Positions 39,290 through 49,409 of a stretch of 64,000 nucleotides of DNA are shown here, in pieces. The DNA lies in IMG/VR virus record IMGVR_UViG_3300046009_011911, positions 1 through 64,000 of that record. The stretch is one strand, 5' to 3'. The notes beneath the pieces were generated by a model. It had not been told where the DNA came from and did no database searches. It was given only the letters and a program-made list of their open reading frames with translations. Every line of letters begins with the position of its first letter. The first letter of the stretch is position 1. The position numbers and the translations under genes were made by a program. This stretch comes from a virus.

Positions 39290-40435
39290 TTATAAAGACT
39301 TAGCATAGTTTGAAATAAAAGATTGTATTTTTCCAATATTTAAATTACTTGTGGTGATTAGGTTAAAATTATGTTCTAATATTGATTGTGCTTGTTGATA
39401 AATTTTTACAGGATCACAAGTAGATAAAAATTTAATTTGGTCAAAAGCTTTGTGTAATCTTTTAATTTGATTGGGTTCAAAATCGTAACTTTCATCAATA
39501 ATGCCATGAAATGTTTTGAATCCTTGGTCTCTTAAAAATTGTAAAGATCCTGGACCAGCGAATAATACAAAAACACGTTTAGCAAATAAACATTTAGCAG
39601 TTTTTTCGGTTAAAAATCTAAATTCATTAAACATGGTCTCAGAGACAATACTAAACCATGAATTTTGATAAATTTTGTGACTTATAATCCAGCTTGCACT
39701 TATGTCAATCGATGGCAAAGTTTTTTTGCTTGTGCTGTAGTTTGCATATTTTTTCGAAGGGTCAGTCAACGCAGCATGTTTCCATTCTAGAATTAATGGA
39801 TCTTCGTAAGAATTTAAATTGGGAGTTTGGTATTCTATAAATTGTTTTTTAGAAGGATCAACATCATATAAAAATGCTAAACATTCATCTATTAGATTGT
39901 TTTTCATTAATAAATTTAGTATTTCTTTTCTAAACCATCTATTAACACCCAATAGTGCGTCAAATTTGTATAATCTTTTTCCATCGCACCCGGTGTAATC
40001 TATTTCTGTATTACATCTATTCACGGTCATGAAATAGTACAGATAAGGTGAGAATAGTCTATTCTCAGGATAGTTTTTATTAGCAGTACCACCTGCTATG
40101 TAAATTAAATTTTTATTTTGAAATAAAATAGAAACTATTCTGTTTTGTTCTTCCCAATCTAAATAAATTACCTCTGGAGTAAAGCACACAACTACATCTG
40201 CCCAAGATAAATCTGAGATAGGAGATACATCATTTAAATTTATGGTCCACAATTGTAAATCAGTGAAAACTATCTTTTTCTTGTTCGAATTGATATCAAA
40301 ATTGTCTTTTATAATTTTAGCCGAATCAATGATAGGGTAGCCCAATGTTTCTAGTAAAAAGATTTCCGCACAATTATTAGAAAATGATAAAAATTCTTCT
40401 AGTTGGTTGTTTAAATTTTCAGACATTTGTTGCAC
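39290..40435 (-). CDS. Putative glycosyltransferase-like protein, paralog of 33155
   Basis: IVSET..LTEKTAK..GFKTF..IDESYD. Confidence 0.55.
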   Translation of the reverse strand: MQQMSENLNNQLEEFLSFSNNCAEIFLLETLGYPIIDSAKIIKDNFDINSNKKKIVFTDLQLWTINLNDVSPISDLSWADVVVCFTPEVIYLDWEEQNRIVSILFQNKNLIYIAGGTANKNYPENRLFSPYLYYFMTVNRCNTEIDYTGCDGKRLYKFDALLGVNRWFRKEILNLLMKNNLIDECLAFLYDVDPSKKQFIEYQTPNLNSYEDPLILEWKHAALTDPSKKYANYSTSKKTLPSIDISASWIISHKIYQNSWFSIVSETMFNEFRFLTEKTAKCLFAKRVFVLFAGPGSLQFLRDQGFKTFHGIIDESYDFEPNQIKRLHKAFDQIKFLSTCDPVKIYQQAQSILEHNFNLITTSNLNIGKIQSFISNYAKSL

Positions 40436-40477
40436 TGCAGCATAAATAACTGTATAATATGTTTTTAGGAGACTATT

Positions 40478-40753
40478 ATGTTTACTTATGATTCAATGAT
40501 CGACGCAGTCCAAAATGGCAAAAAACAGTTTGTAAAGACTTTCGTTACCAATGAAACTATTGCAACTAATCTAACAAAATTCATTGATGCCCAAGCCGAT
40601 TACACCAAGGCAGCATTTAAAGTAACATCTGACACAACCACTGCTATTGCTCAAGAAATGGTTAAATCTATTCAGGAAGCAACCAAATTTGATTATTCAA
40701 AATTTGGTGAAGGCATTATGAAAGCTTACCAAAATAATTTTACCCGAAAGTAA
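40478..40753 (+). CDS. Small helical (phasin-like) protein
   Basis: SD AGGAG, TAAATA at 40443; amphipathic helices. Confidence 0.55.
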   Translation: MFTYDSMIDAVQNGKKQFVKTFVTNETIATNLTKFIDAQADYTKAAFKVTSDTTTAIAQEMVKSIQEATKFDYSKFGEGIMKAYQNNFTRK

Positions 40754-40789
40754 ATCAAACGTTACTATATGTCAACTGAAGAAATTTGG

Positions 40790-40818
40790 TTGACAAATAT
40801 TTTAATCCCTCTTAGAAT
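40790..40818 (+). promoter_or_regulatory. Sigma70 early promoter
   Basis: TTGACA-17-TAGAAT. Confidence 0.8.
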
Positions 40819-40854
40819 AGGACTATAGTTTAATAGTTCACTAAGGAATCACAC

Positions 40855-41085
40855 ATGGGTAACCCTTGGCATTGCGTAAGTTGTGGAACTGCACTGAGTC
40901 AGGTAGGCTATAGCCATTGTAATGTTTGTAAGCAGACAAACACTATGGCTGCTATTTTTTCAAATTTAAACTCTAATAATCATTCCTCTGGATGGGAAGA
41001 ATTTCGTGATTTAATCTATGCATTTATCCAATTGATTTTTTGGGTAGTTTTGGGGTTTGTCATGTACGTGATTTTCAAAGGTTGA
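40855..41085 (+). CDS. Small Zn-finger membrane protein
   Basis: CVSC..CNVC plus TM. Confidence 0.6.
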   Translation: MGNPWHCVSCGTALSQVGYSHCNVCKQTNTMAAIFSNLNSNNHSSGWEEFRDLIYAFIQLIFWVVLGFVMYVIFKG

Positions 41086-41140
41086 CAAATATTCCAATAT
41101 TTCATATAATAATGGTACTGTAACAATTTTGGAGTAAACG
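41082..41140 (+). repeat. Early promoter/RBS module
   Basis: TTGACAAATATTCCAATATTTCATATAAT..GGAG. Confidence 0.85.
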
Positions 41141-41353
41141 ATGATTGAGTACGAAGACGAACTGGCCAATGACATGCTCATGTACGAACTGGACATGGAA
41201 CGTATGTACGAAGATGAAACTTTTACTCTCGACATGATTAATGCCGAACTGCAAGAAGCAGCCCAAGATCTTCAGGAAGAAGAAGCAGAGCAGGCCTACG
41301 ATGAAATGATGGCCAGTTGGTTGCGCATGTATGTCGATCTAGATTTGATTTGA
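41141..41353 (+). CDS. Very acidic small early protein
   Basis: D/E-rich 70 aa behind the module. Confidence 0.7.
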   Translation: MIEYEDELANDMLMYELDMERMYEDETFTLDMINAELQEAAQDLQEEEAEQAYDEMMASWLRMYVDLDLI

Positions 41354-41409
41354 CAAATATTCCAATTTCCGATATAATTACTTCATACAGTAACAAAACG
41401 GAGCAAGAA
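41350..41409 (+). repeat. Early promoter/RBS module
   Basis: TTGACAAATATTCC..TATAAT..TACAGTAACAAAACGGAG. Confidence 0.85.
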
Positions 41410-41676
41410 ATGCACTACGTTGTTTTTCACACAAAGTTCCCCCATCAAGACAAGCGTTATTTTAAATCCGCTGCCGGGGCGAAGCGTTCGGCGACCTGTT
41501 CTAACCGTAACGCTGGTGCAGAAGTTTACCAAGCATTGGAAGAAACCCTGTTCATGCTGAAGTACCCCGTAGGCATGAAAACGGTTAAGAATCTGATGAC
41601 GGGGCAAGACATCAACATCCCCGAAGATACGCCTTACTGTTGTGACCCATCCACTGAACGTTATTGGAGTATGTAA
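41410..41676 (+). CDS. Small early hypothetical protein
   Basis: TPYCCDPSTERYWSM C-terminus; SD. Confidence 0.7.
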   Translation: MHYVVFHTKFPHQDKRYFKSAAGAKRSATCSNRNAGAEVYQALEETLFMLKYPVGMKTVKNLMTGQDINIPEDTPYCCDPSTERYWSM

Positions 41677-41677
41677 T

Positions 41678-41890
41678 ATGAACCAGCGTGATCGTGCAAA
41701 CTTGGAATTTCTTTTGAACATCGGTCCTGGTCTTGCTAATTGGTATGCGCAAGCATCTGCTGAAGATATCGAATACGCCACTGAGCTTTTAGAAGCTTAT
41801 GAGCAGGAATTGGCTGAACAAGAAATGAATCTTCTCGAAGAAGATTATGGTGTAAACTTGATCTCGGCATCTACCCGAGTGCTTCAGTAA
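41678..41890 (+). CDS. Small hypothetical protein
   Basis: ORF in operon. Confidence 0.65.
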   Translation: MNQRDRANLEFLLNIGPGLANWYAQASAEDIEYATELLEAYEQELAEQEMNLLEEDYGVNLISASTRVLQ

Positions 41891-41900
41891 GGATAAAATT

Positions 41901-42290
41901 ATGGGGTTGGATCAATGGGCATATGTTGCTGCCAAAGATAAAGATAATTGGGATAATCATCAAGAACTTGCTTACTGGCGTAAGCATCCAAATCTCCAGG
42001 GATGGATGGAACAGCTTTGGCTCAGCAAAAATAAACCTAACGGTAGTTCAGGGCAGGAAGAAGAATGGGGCTCCGGGTTCAATGGTGTAGAGCTTGAACT
42101 GACCTGGGATGACGTAGAGCAACTAGAAAAAGATATCCTGTCAGAGCAAGTGTCCAAACTACAAACAGTTGGGTTCTTTTTTGGTTCTGCCAGTGATGAC
42201 CATTACAGAGAACACGACTTAGAATTTTGTAGGAAAGCCAAAGCTGAATTGTTTATTGGTCGTAGAGTGTTCTATAACTCAAGTTGGTGA
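41901..42290 (+). CDS. Phage hypothetical protein (MGLD..YWRK type)
   Basis: SD AAGGA. Confidence 0.7.
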   Translation: MGLDQWAYVAAKDKDNWDNHQELAYWRKHPNLQGWMEQLWLSKNKPNGSSGQEEEWGSGFNGVELELTWDDVEQLEKDILSEQVSKLQTVGFFFGSASDDHYREHDLEFCRKAKAELFIGRRVFYNSSW

Positions 42291-42294
42291 TATT

Positions 42295-42636
42295 ATGGCA
42301 GGTTACAACACTATTCTTAAAATTCGTAGACTGGAAGAAGAATTCGATAGGTTGGGTTTCAAGATGTGCGCACCTGATCACTATCATTCAAAATATGGTG
42401 ATACAGTGGCGGTGAAACCTAAAGATAACGACAGTTTGCCTATTTACAGTCGTGATGCAGAATTGTTTGTTGGTACTTTAGAGGATTTGGAGATTTGGCT
42501 AGAAGGTATAGAATGGGCTAGAAAATATGACGCAATGTTGTTTGGTCGAACTCATAACAGTAAACGTGAACGAAAGGAACAGGACCACAGAAATATTAAG
42601 TTGATGGACACGCTTCAAGACAAAGAAACAGTTTAA
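42295..42636 (+). CDS. Hypothetical protein
   Basis: ORF in operon. Confidence 0.65.
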   Translation: MAGYNTILKIRRLEEEFDRLGFKMCAPDHYHSKYGDTVAVKPKDNDSLPIYSRDAELFVGTLEDLEIWLEGIEWARKYDAMLFGRTHNSKRERKEQDHRNIKLMDTLQDKETV

Positions 42637-42654
42637 TTAATCATGGAGAACACG

Positions 42655-42813
42655 ATGTCAAAAAATGTAATTGATGTTGCAAACCAAGCTATTTTTCATC
42701 TTCAACTTAACACTAACGATGCTATCAGGTATGTGGTAAAAGAAGCAGAAGTGGATGCTAAACAAGCGGGTCAAGCTCTTAAACATGTCATGCTAGGTTA
42801 TAAGTCAAAATAA
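42655..42813 (+). CDS. Small hypothetical protein (52 aa)
   Basis: SD GGAG. Confidence 0.55.
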   Translation: MSKNVIDVANQAIFHLQLNTNDAIRYVVKEAEVDAKQAGQALKHVMLGYKSK

Positions 42814-42825
42814 TCTAATATTTTG

Positions 42826-42866
42826 AAAAAGCCCTCTAAGAAATAAATATCTTGGAGGGCTTTTTT
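42826..42866 (+). terminator. Terminator hairpin containing a late promoter (loop) and the next gene's SD (3' arm)
   Basis: GCCCTCTAAGA-aataaata-TCTTGGAGGGC followed by T6. Confidence 0.8.
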
Positions 42867-43325
42867 GTGGCTAGACCAAATCCACTCAAACAGTTAATGA
42901 AGACTCCATTGCCTTCAATTACCTATCAAAAAAGAAAATTATATAGGCCCTGTATAAGGGAAGTTAAACAAATATATAATTTATTAAACTATTACGTATT
43001 TGATCAGCAATTAGTAATGCCGCCAATTGAAATAGGTATTTGTAGAAAATATTGGGGTATGTGTTACGGACATGAAAAACCTACAAAAAAAGGTACGTAT
43101 TGTACAATAAAATTAATGAATAAATGGTTTTGCATTCAATGGTTAGTCACTACGCTTGCTCACGAAATGGTTCATCAGTATGAATGGGATGTACTGAAAA
43201 AATCAATGACACATCGCCAAAATTTTTTTAAATGGAAGGCAAAATTAGCTAAATTCGATATAGATTTAAAAACTTATCATGGATATAGACGGTGGTTCAA
43301 ATATCAGGATTTCAAAAAATCCTAA
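42867..43325 (+). CDS. SprT-like Zn metalloprotease
   Basis: LAHEMVHQ..H..F; GTG start 8 nt after GGAGG. Confidence 0.75.
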   Translation: MARPNPLKQLMKTPLPSITYQKRKLYRPCIREVKQIYNLLNYYVFDQQLVMPPIEIGICRKYWGMCYGHEKPTKKGTYCTIKLMNKWFCIQWLVTTLAHEMVHQYEWDVLKKSMTHRQNFFKWKAKLAKFDIDLKTYHGYRRWFKYQDFKKS

Positions 43326-44202
43326 ATATTTAAAAATTATTTACAGTAATCCGAATAATCACAAGGACACATTAGATGTTTATTTTAACCTAAATGACAA
43401 TCCTGTAGTGGATTTATGGATTAAAAAACTACAAGAAGCTAAAAATCTATATAAAATTGATCACCCTGACAGGTTTTATGGATTCGGTGATTTACAAGAG
43501 CAAAAAGAAAAAGCCTACAGCAGTCTAATAGACTGCATTAACATTATTAACTCCCACAACAAAATCATAACACGGGAAATAAAATTCCTACCAAATCAAG
43601 ATGATTTGAACTACTTGCACAATATTTTTGAAGTTTATCACGGACTATTAGATTGTCAAACTCATCCATTTTATCTGTCGGCTAATGTTCAAGTTAGAAC
43701 AGCATTGGCTGACTTGAACATTATTGTTCATAGATTTGAATCTATTAGCAGAGGTGCTAAACCTAGACATGTAATAACTTATTTTGGACTGCCAAAAAAC
43801 CAAACACTGTGCTTAGATCATTACAAGTGGTTTACAGATTTCTTTAAATTTGGCACCATTTATCTAAATTATGTAGAAATAGGAAAAACTATAGAAGATC
43901 TAGCCTTAGACAATGATCAATATATTTCCGACACAGCTTTCAAACCTTTTAGACTGTACAGTGCAGATTTCTTTGTATGCTACTATGATTCACAAATCAA
44001 TGAAGTTATGCACAAAAGAAAGTTAATTAAAGAATTTTATGATCGTAATCAAGATTTTTTCTCATCTTTCAATTACAACTTAGATCATCCTTATTTACGA
44101 CCAGGAAGAATTCCGTTGGCCACAATTCAATCGCATGGAACAGAAATATTAGACTTACTTAAATCTAAACAACATGTTAAGGAAATAGAATTAATAGACT
44201 AA
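43279..44202 (+). CDS. Hypothetical protein
   Basis: 307-aa ORF; start uncertain. Confidence 0.6.
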   Translation: MDIDGGSNIRISKNPKYLKIIYSNPNNHKDTLDVYFNLNDNPVVDLWIKKLQEAKNLYKIDHPDRFYGFGDLQEQKEKAYSSLIDCINIINSHNKIITREIKFLPNQDDLNYLHNIFEVYHGLLDCQTHPFYLSANVQVRTALADLNIIVHRFESISRGAKPRHVITYFGLPKNQTLCLDHYKWFTDFFKFGTIYLNYVEIGKTIEDLALDNDQYISDTAFKPFRLYSADFFVCYYDSQINEVMHKRKLIKEFYDRNQDFFSSFNYNLDHPYLRPGRIPLATIQSHGTEILDLLKSKQHVKEIELID

Positions 44203-44311
44203 ATTTGTTTTAAATACTTGATATTTAAATCCATTTGTAATTTCTTTAAAAACCTTATACAATAAAATTTTGATAAAATTCAATTACTAAATTTGCCTAT
44301 ACTAATCTCGT

Positions 44312-45625
44312 ATGCCTAATCAAAAAATTTTTTGTAGTGTTCCTTGGACTAATACTCATATATATTGGGATGGGTCGTTTGGTGTTTGCTGTTCAGAGTC
44401 TGAAAAACCTTATGAATTAACTCAAAGCGAACAATATAATTTAAAAAATATGACTGTTCAACAATGGTATAATGATAGACCCATGATAGAATTTAGGAAA
44501 AAAATACTGTCAGATGCTCCTCTAGTGAATTGTAATGCATGCTATTCAGAGGAGAATTTTAACTATGAAAGTAGACGTATTAGAGAAAACTTCAAAACAG
44601 TTATTTTTACTGAACACAATTTCTACAAGAGTTTTAGGCAAACACATTGGAATCAGAGATTCGAATCTGCACACACAGAATCTAAACAACACCCTCCCAT
44701 AGATTGGCATATAGACTTAGGAAATGAATGCAATTTATCCTGCAAGATGTGTGGCCCATGGGCAAGCAGTCAAATAGCATCCAAATATCGAACATGGGGA
44801 ATACCTGTTGAAAAAAAACAAAACTGGACAGAAAATGTAGATAGCTATAAGAATTTTTTAAACAGCTTAAAATTTTGCAGACCCACTAGGTTGCATTTTA
44901 TGGGCGGTGAACCTATGTTAAGCAAAAAGTTCAAATCCATAGTAGAATTTCTCATTGATGAGAACTTAAATGCAGAAACAAGTATAAGTTTTGTCAGTAA
45001 TGGAACAATATTGGATTTGGAATTTGTTAACTTACTTTTAAATTTTAAATCTGTTGACATAGAAATAAGTTTAGAATCGGTGCATGATAATAATCATTAC
45101 ATTCGTCAAGGCAGTGATACTGACAGCGTTATTAAAAATATATTATTATTAAAAACATTACAAAATTCCAAATTCCAACTAGTGCTCAGAAGCGTGCCTC
45201 AACTTTTAAACATCAATAATTACAACGACTATATTGAGTGGGCGTGGAACCATAAATTTTCAATTCAGGGTATTCCACTTACAAGACCGGAATATCTTTC
45301 TATAAATGTTTTACCTTTAGATTTGCGAAAAAGTTTTGTACACCGATACGAAAAAGTCAAAAATAAAATATTGGCAGAAGCAAATAGGAAAACTTCAGTG
45401 CTTGTTACAGGCAGGGATGCTAGTAGGCTAGATATCCAATTAGTCAAAGAATGTGAATCCATGATCTACTTCCTAAATCAACCAGATCATGTCAGACAAC
45501 ACCAGTTACAAAAAGAATTGGTTTTCTGGCTTAATAGATGGGATGATGTTTACAATATTGATGCAAGAAAATTTTATCCTGAATATAGTAACTTTTTAGA
45601 TGCAATTGGATATGGATCTTTATAA
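44312..45625 (+). CDS. Radical SAM protein with N-terminal SPASM/twitch-like segment
   Basis: CNLSCKMC, GGEP; FCSVPW..CC..CNAC. Confidence 0.85.
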   Translation: MPNQKIFCSVPWTNTHIYWDGSFGVCCSESEKPYELTQSEQYNLKNMTVQQWYNDRPMIEFRKKILSDAPLVNCNACYSEENFNYESRRIRENFKTVIFTEHNFYKSFRQTHWNQRFESAHTESKQHPPIDWHIDLGNECNLSCKMCGPWASSQIASKYRTWGIPVEKKQNWTENVDSYKNFLNSLKFCRPTRLHFMGGEPMLSKKFKSIVEFLIDENLNAETSISFVSNGTILDLEFVNLLLNFKSVDIEISLESVHDNNHYIRQGSDTDSVIKNILLLKTLQNSKFQLVLRSVPQLLNINNYNDYIEWAWNHKFSIQGIPLTRPEYLSINVLPLDLRKSFVHRYEKVKNKILAEANRKTSVLVTGRDASRLDIQLVKECESMIYFLNQPDHVRQHQLQKELVFWLNRWDDVYNIDARKFYPEYSNFLDAIGYGSL

Positions 45626-46049
45626 TACACAAATTGAAATTGGTTTAGCGCCGCATGGGTCTAAAATTCCCAAAGTTCAGTGTCTTTTAAACAATCAAAA
45701 AATTAGTACAATATCCTTATCTCATTGCACTAAGTTATTCTTTGACCTATCACTAGAGAAAAAAAAACATAAATTGATTATTGATTTTTATAACAAATCA
45801 GAAAATGATGCAGATACTGCGGTAGAAATTAAGTATGTCCGCATAGAAAATTTCACATTAAACAGTTTTCTTTGGAATAATAGGTATTATCCTCGTTATC
45901 CAAAACATTTATTGCAGCAAAAAGACCTGCCCGAATTTTACCAAAGTTCAACTTACATGGGATGGAACGGTATTTGGGTATTTGAATTTGAAGTTCCTAT
46001 TTTCACATGGGTGCACAAACTAGAAAACGTAGGATGGATTTTTGACTAG
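45600..46049 (+). CDS. Hypothetical protein
   Basis: ORF overlapping the radical SAM gene end. Confidence 0.6.
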   Translation: MQLDMDLYNTQIEIGLAPHGSKIPKVQCLLNNQKISTISLSHCTKLFFDLSLEKKKHKLIIDFYNKSENDADTAVEIKYVRIENFTLNSFLWNNRYYPRYPKHLLQQKDLPEFYQSSTYMGWNGIWVFEFEVPIFTWVHKLENVGWIFD

Positions 46050-46098
46050 GTTGATAAACTGATATGTATCATTTTAAGTTAGAAATAAATACTAGACT

Positions 46099-48219
46099 AT
46101 GCGATATACTGAAATCAAATCACAAATAAAAGAAGATGACTTACTAGAAATCCGTATGGATCCTACTAGTTTGGCTGCAGCAGTAAAGAATATTGATGCT
46201 AGAGTGGGCATGGAATTTGAAATGATTGTGCCCAATGTAGGCGAAGAGGGCTACTCCGACGATGTCGAGTATGAACCCAATTATGCAAATGATCCCGCTC
46301 CCAGAAATATCAGTGACATATTAGATTTTTTCTATGATGGGGACTATAACGGCCGACGAGATATTAGTAATTTAGAAAGAGAACTACGCAATGATTTCAG
46401 CGAATGGGCCTCAGAAGCATTCAATTCCAGATGGGAATCAGATAAAGAAACTTTTGTCTATGATTACATAAGAGACAACATGACCGGTGAAGATGTTGCC
46501 GAAATACTGGGATTAGATCCAGACAGCGTAGACGCAATAACTAAAGCCCAAGCCGAACAAGCAGCAGATATAATCGTACAAGAGGGCGGTAGTCGATTAG
46601 ATAACATTCGCGAACATGAAGAGCAAATGTTCATGGAGGACTCGGACTTAGAGGAGCAGTGGTTAGAAGACATAGGAATGTCTGTTATGAGCGATGTCTC
46701 AAACAGTTTCTCTATTGCTTGGCCTCATTATGAGGAAGTAACGCCCAGTGGTTCAGCATCAGGCGCTAGTGTAGATGAAGTCGCAAACGCATTCAGTGCA
46801 GCAATTGGACGACCAGTTAATGCCAGTGAAAGATATCATGGTGCACGTAGAGAACCAGGAAAATATGTAGTAGAACCCGACGGCAGCTTAAGCGCAGATG
46901 ATGACAGTGACATGGGATTAGAATTTGTAAGCCCTCCTTTGTCTGTGCCAGAAATGATTGAAGATTTAGAAAAAGTTAGACGATGGGCAAATAGTGTTGG
47001 TGCCTATACTAATAACTCCACTGGTTTACATATGAACGTAAGCATTCCTGACTATACCGACGATAAATTAGATTACGTTAAATTAGCATTATTGTTGGGT
47101 GATAAGTATGTGTTAGATCAGTTTGGTAGATCCGCAAACAATTATACTGCCAGTGCTTTGGGTAAAATACAAGACCGCGCTAAGAATCTGTCGCCCGATC
47201 AGATTCAAGGGTTGTTTGATCAAATGAGAGCAGGACTTAACACTTTGGCCAGTAGATCAATCCACGGCACAAGTGCCAGCAAATATACCAGTATTCATCC
47301 CAAAGGCAACTACATAGAGTTTCGTAGTCCAGGTGGTGATTGGTTATCTGAAGATCCTAAAACTTTGGTATCTACTATGATGAGATTTATTGTGGCATTA
47401 GATGCAGCAGTAGATCCCCAAAAATATCGCAAAGAATATCTAGGTAAATTACGTAAATTATTGGCTCCAAAATCAGAGGATGATCCTATTGGTTATTTTG
47501 TGAAATACAGTTCGGGCGAATTACCCAAACAGGCACTAAAGAGTTTTATCCGACAAGCACAACAACAAAGAAAAGTAAAAAAGGGTACCGCAGAGAAAAT
47601 GTGGTGGCGTGTGGGTCTAAAGTCCAATCCTAATTACTCTATCGAAGTTGTAGGTAGTACCAGAGACGAAGCTGTTGAAGCTGCTATGAGAGCCGATGGG
47701 GAACTGATGAGCTACGATTTTGAGAATGATTTTACCGCTGAGCCATTGAGACCTTTTGATCAACCCCGGCCACAAACACCTACACTGACTGCACCAGAAA
47801 CCCAACCTGACGCCAATTGGGCCGTGGTTCGCCAACACGATGGCAGACCTGTCGGTTACTTTACTAGAAATACCAGGGACGAAGCTGAACAAGAATTTGA
47901 TCGTATAACTATGGGAGATGCGTGGACTTATGAACTAAGACCTGTACAGCCCAGAAACAGTTTTAGACCTCCAAGGTCTTCGAGTGTACTACAGGGCAGT
48001 ACACAGGATCTTCAACAGCAACGATCCCAAGGTTATTTTACAGGATCTTGGAAAATTTTAGTAGATGGTGAAGAAGTACATAGATTTGGTGGTGTGGGTA
48101 ATATACAAGCAGATGCAGTAAGAATTGCCACACGTTGGCTTTTAGATCAACAAAGAACAGGCAATCTAACTATTGGCGACTCATCTGAAATTGAAGTGTT
48201 GCCCATAATGGGCAATTAA
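46099..48219 (+). CDS. Putative amidoligase (COOH-NH2 ligase type 2) with extra domains
   Basis: GMEFE, DGSL, EFVSP, GLHMNVS, IEFR. Confidence 0.75.
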   Translation: MRYTEIKSQIKEDDLLEIRMDPTSLAAAVKNIDARVGMEFEMIVPNVGEEGYSDDVEYEPNYANDPAPRNISDILDFFYDGDYNGRRDISNLERELRNDFSEWASEAFNSRWESDKETFVYDYIRDNMTGEDVAEILGLDPDSVDAITKAQAEQAADIIVQEGGSRLDNIREHEEQMFMEDSDLEEQWLEDIGMSVMSDVSNSFSIAWPHYEEVTPSGSASGASVDEVANAFSAAIGRPVNASERYHGARREPGKYVVEPDGSLSADDDSDMGLEFVSPPLSVPEMIEDLEKVRRWANSVGAYTNNSTGLHMNVSIPDYTDDKLDYVKLALLLGDKYVLDQFGRSANNYTASALGKIQDRAKNLSPDQIQGLFDQMRAGLNTLASRSIHGTSASKYTSIHPKGNYIEFRSPGGDWLSEDPKTLVSTMMRFIVALDAAVDPQKYRKEYLGKLRKLLAPKSEDDPIGYFVKYSSGELPKQALKSFIRQAQQQRKVKKGTAEKMWWRVGLKSNPNYSIEVVGSTRDEAVEAAMRADGELMSYDFENDFTAEPLRPFDQPRPQTPTLTAPETQPDANWAVVRQHDGRPVGYFTRNTRDEAEQEFDRITMGDAWTYELRPVQPRNSFRPPRSSSVLQGSTQDLQQQRSQGYFTGSWKILVDGEEVHRFGGVGNIQADAVRIATRWLLDQQRTGNLTIGDSSEIEVLPIMGN

Positions 48220-48230
48220 AGTTAATTTGG

Positions 48231-48259
48231 TTGACAATTAATTCAATTTAATTTAATAT
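48231..48259 (+). promoter_or_regulatory. Sigma70 early promoter
   Basis: TTGACA-17-TAATAT; leader hairpin AAAGGCTGT/ACAGCCTTT. Confidence 0.65.
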
Positions 48260-48302
48260 AAAGGCTGTGTTTTTGTTTTTTAACCTTCGACAGCCTTTAA
48301 TT

Positions 48303-49409
48303 ATGAGCAAAATCAGCAAAACCAAACAGAAAGAACAGCGGATCAAAAACTTTTTGGCTAACTATCCAATTCAATTTGAAATGGAAGATGCGGCTATTGA
48401 TTTGCGCACAATGTCTCAAAATTACGAAAATGGTATCATTCCTAGTAAAGATATTACTGAGGCAGTTAACGCCGTATTGGGTCCCCCACCTATGCCCCGG
48501 GCCAGTGTAGATCCCAGACAACTAGGTGTTCCTCTGTTTGCTTGGGCACCTATTGATGATGTTGGGATTGATCCCCGATTTCAACGTGATATTGCACCCA
48601 ATCACTGCGCTAAGATCGAACCCGAATTCCGCGCTGATATGATTATTGTTCCCTGTGCAGTTAAAGATCCAATTACAGGCAAGTATCTGCTTTGGGATGG
48701 TAACCACACTAGGCAAGTCTGTGAACGTATGGGGTGGAGCCATATTCCTGTTTGGTATACTGAAGCACAAATCGACGACGAACACAGCCTTGAAGAAGCA
48801 ACTAAAATTTTGGTGCTTAAGGCTGGTCGAAGTTTCCTGACTATCAATAAGAAAAATAAACGTCCTGTAAGTAGATACGATGAGCATATGGTATCTGTAG
48901 AATGTGGTGAACCCGAAAGCATTGTGGTCCAAAATATCTGCGATGCTAATCAAGTTCAGATTCGCCGTGCTAGTACCAAACCCGGAGACATCAGTCACAT
49001 TGAACACCTTTACGGTGCTTACAATCTTGTGCAAGCGTCCAGTGGTGTCAAGGGAATTTACCTTGCCCGTGCGTTGAAGTTTTGCCGCACTACTTGGCCC
49101 AAAGAAGAAATTCGTGCGATTGTGATGTTGGGTATGGCACGTCTGTATCAACACACCGAAACTCAAACTGGTGCATTGCTGCCACAAGAGTTCGACGATG
49201 AATTGGGCGATATTCTTAAAAAGAAATATGGACCAGCAGAAGCAGTACACGATGAAACCACAGGATTCAAGGCTCAATACATCCAACATTTCGGATCTTT
49301 GGCAGGACACCCTGAAGTTGTAACCAGTGGACTGATTCTTACTTATAATAAACACAATAAAAAAGGTTATAAGTTGGCCCAACCTGAATCTACCTATCCT
49401 GTAAAATGA
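48303..49409 (+). CDS. ParB/Srx-like N-terminal domain protein
   Basis: IDPRFQR..LWDGNHT. Confidence 0.6.
   Translation: MSKISKTKQKEQRIKNFLANYPIQFEMEDAAIDLRTMSQNYENGIIPSKDITEAVNAVLGPPPMPRASVDPRQLGVPLFAWAPIDDVGIDPRFQRDIAPNHCAKIEPEFRADMIIVPCAVKDPITGKYLLWDGNHTRQVCERMGWSHIPVWYTEAQIDDEHSLEEATKILVLKAGRSFLTINKKNKRPVSRYDEHMVSVECGEPESIVVQNICDANQVQIRRASTKPGDISHIEHLYGAYNLVQASSGVKGIYLARALKFCRTTWPKEEIRAIVMLGMARLYQHTETQTGALLPQEFDDELGDILKKKYGPAEAVHDETTGFKAQYIQHFGSLAGHPEVVTSGLILTYNKHNKKGYKLAQPESTYPVK

Noticed and set aside
44203-44311. AT-rich gap as a replication origin
   Set aside because: No iterons or other supporting structure visible.
48522-49382. Long minus-strand ORF (286 aa), and similar ones at 52773..53564, 18424..19041 and 38148..38690
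   Set aside because: Antisense shadows of plus-strand genes that have promoters, SDs and recognisable motifs.
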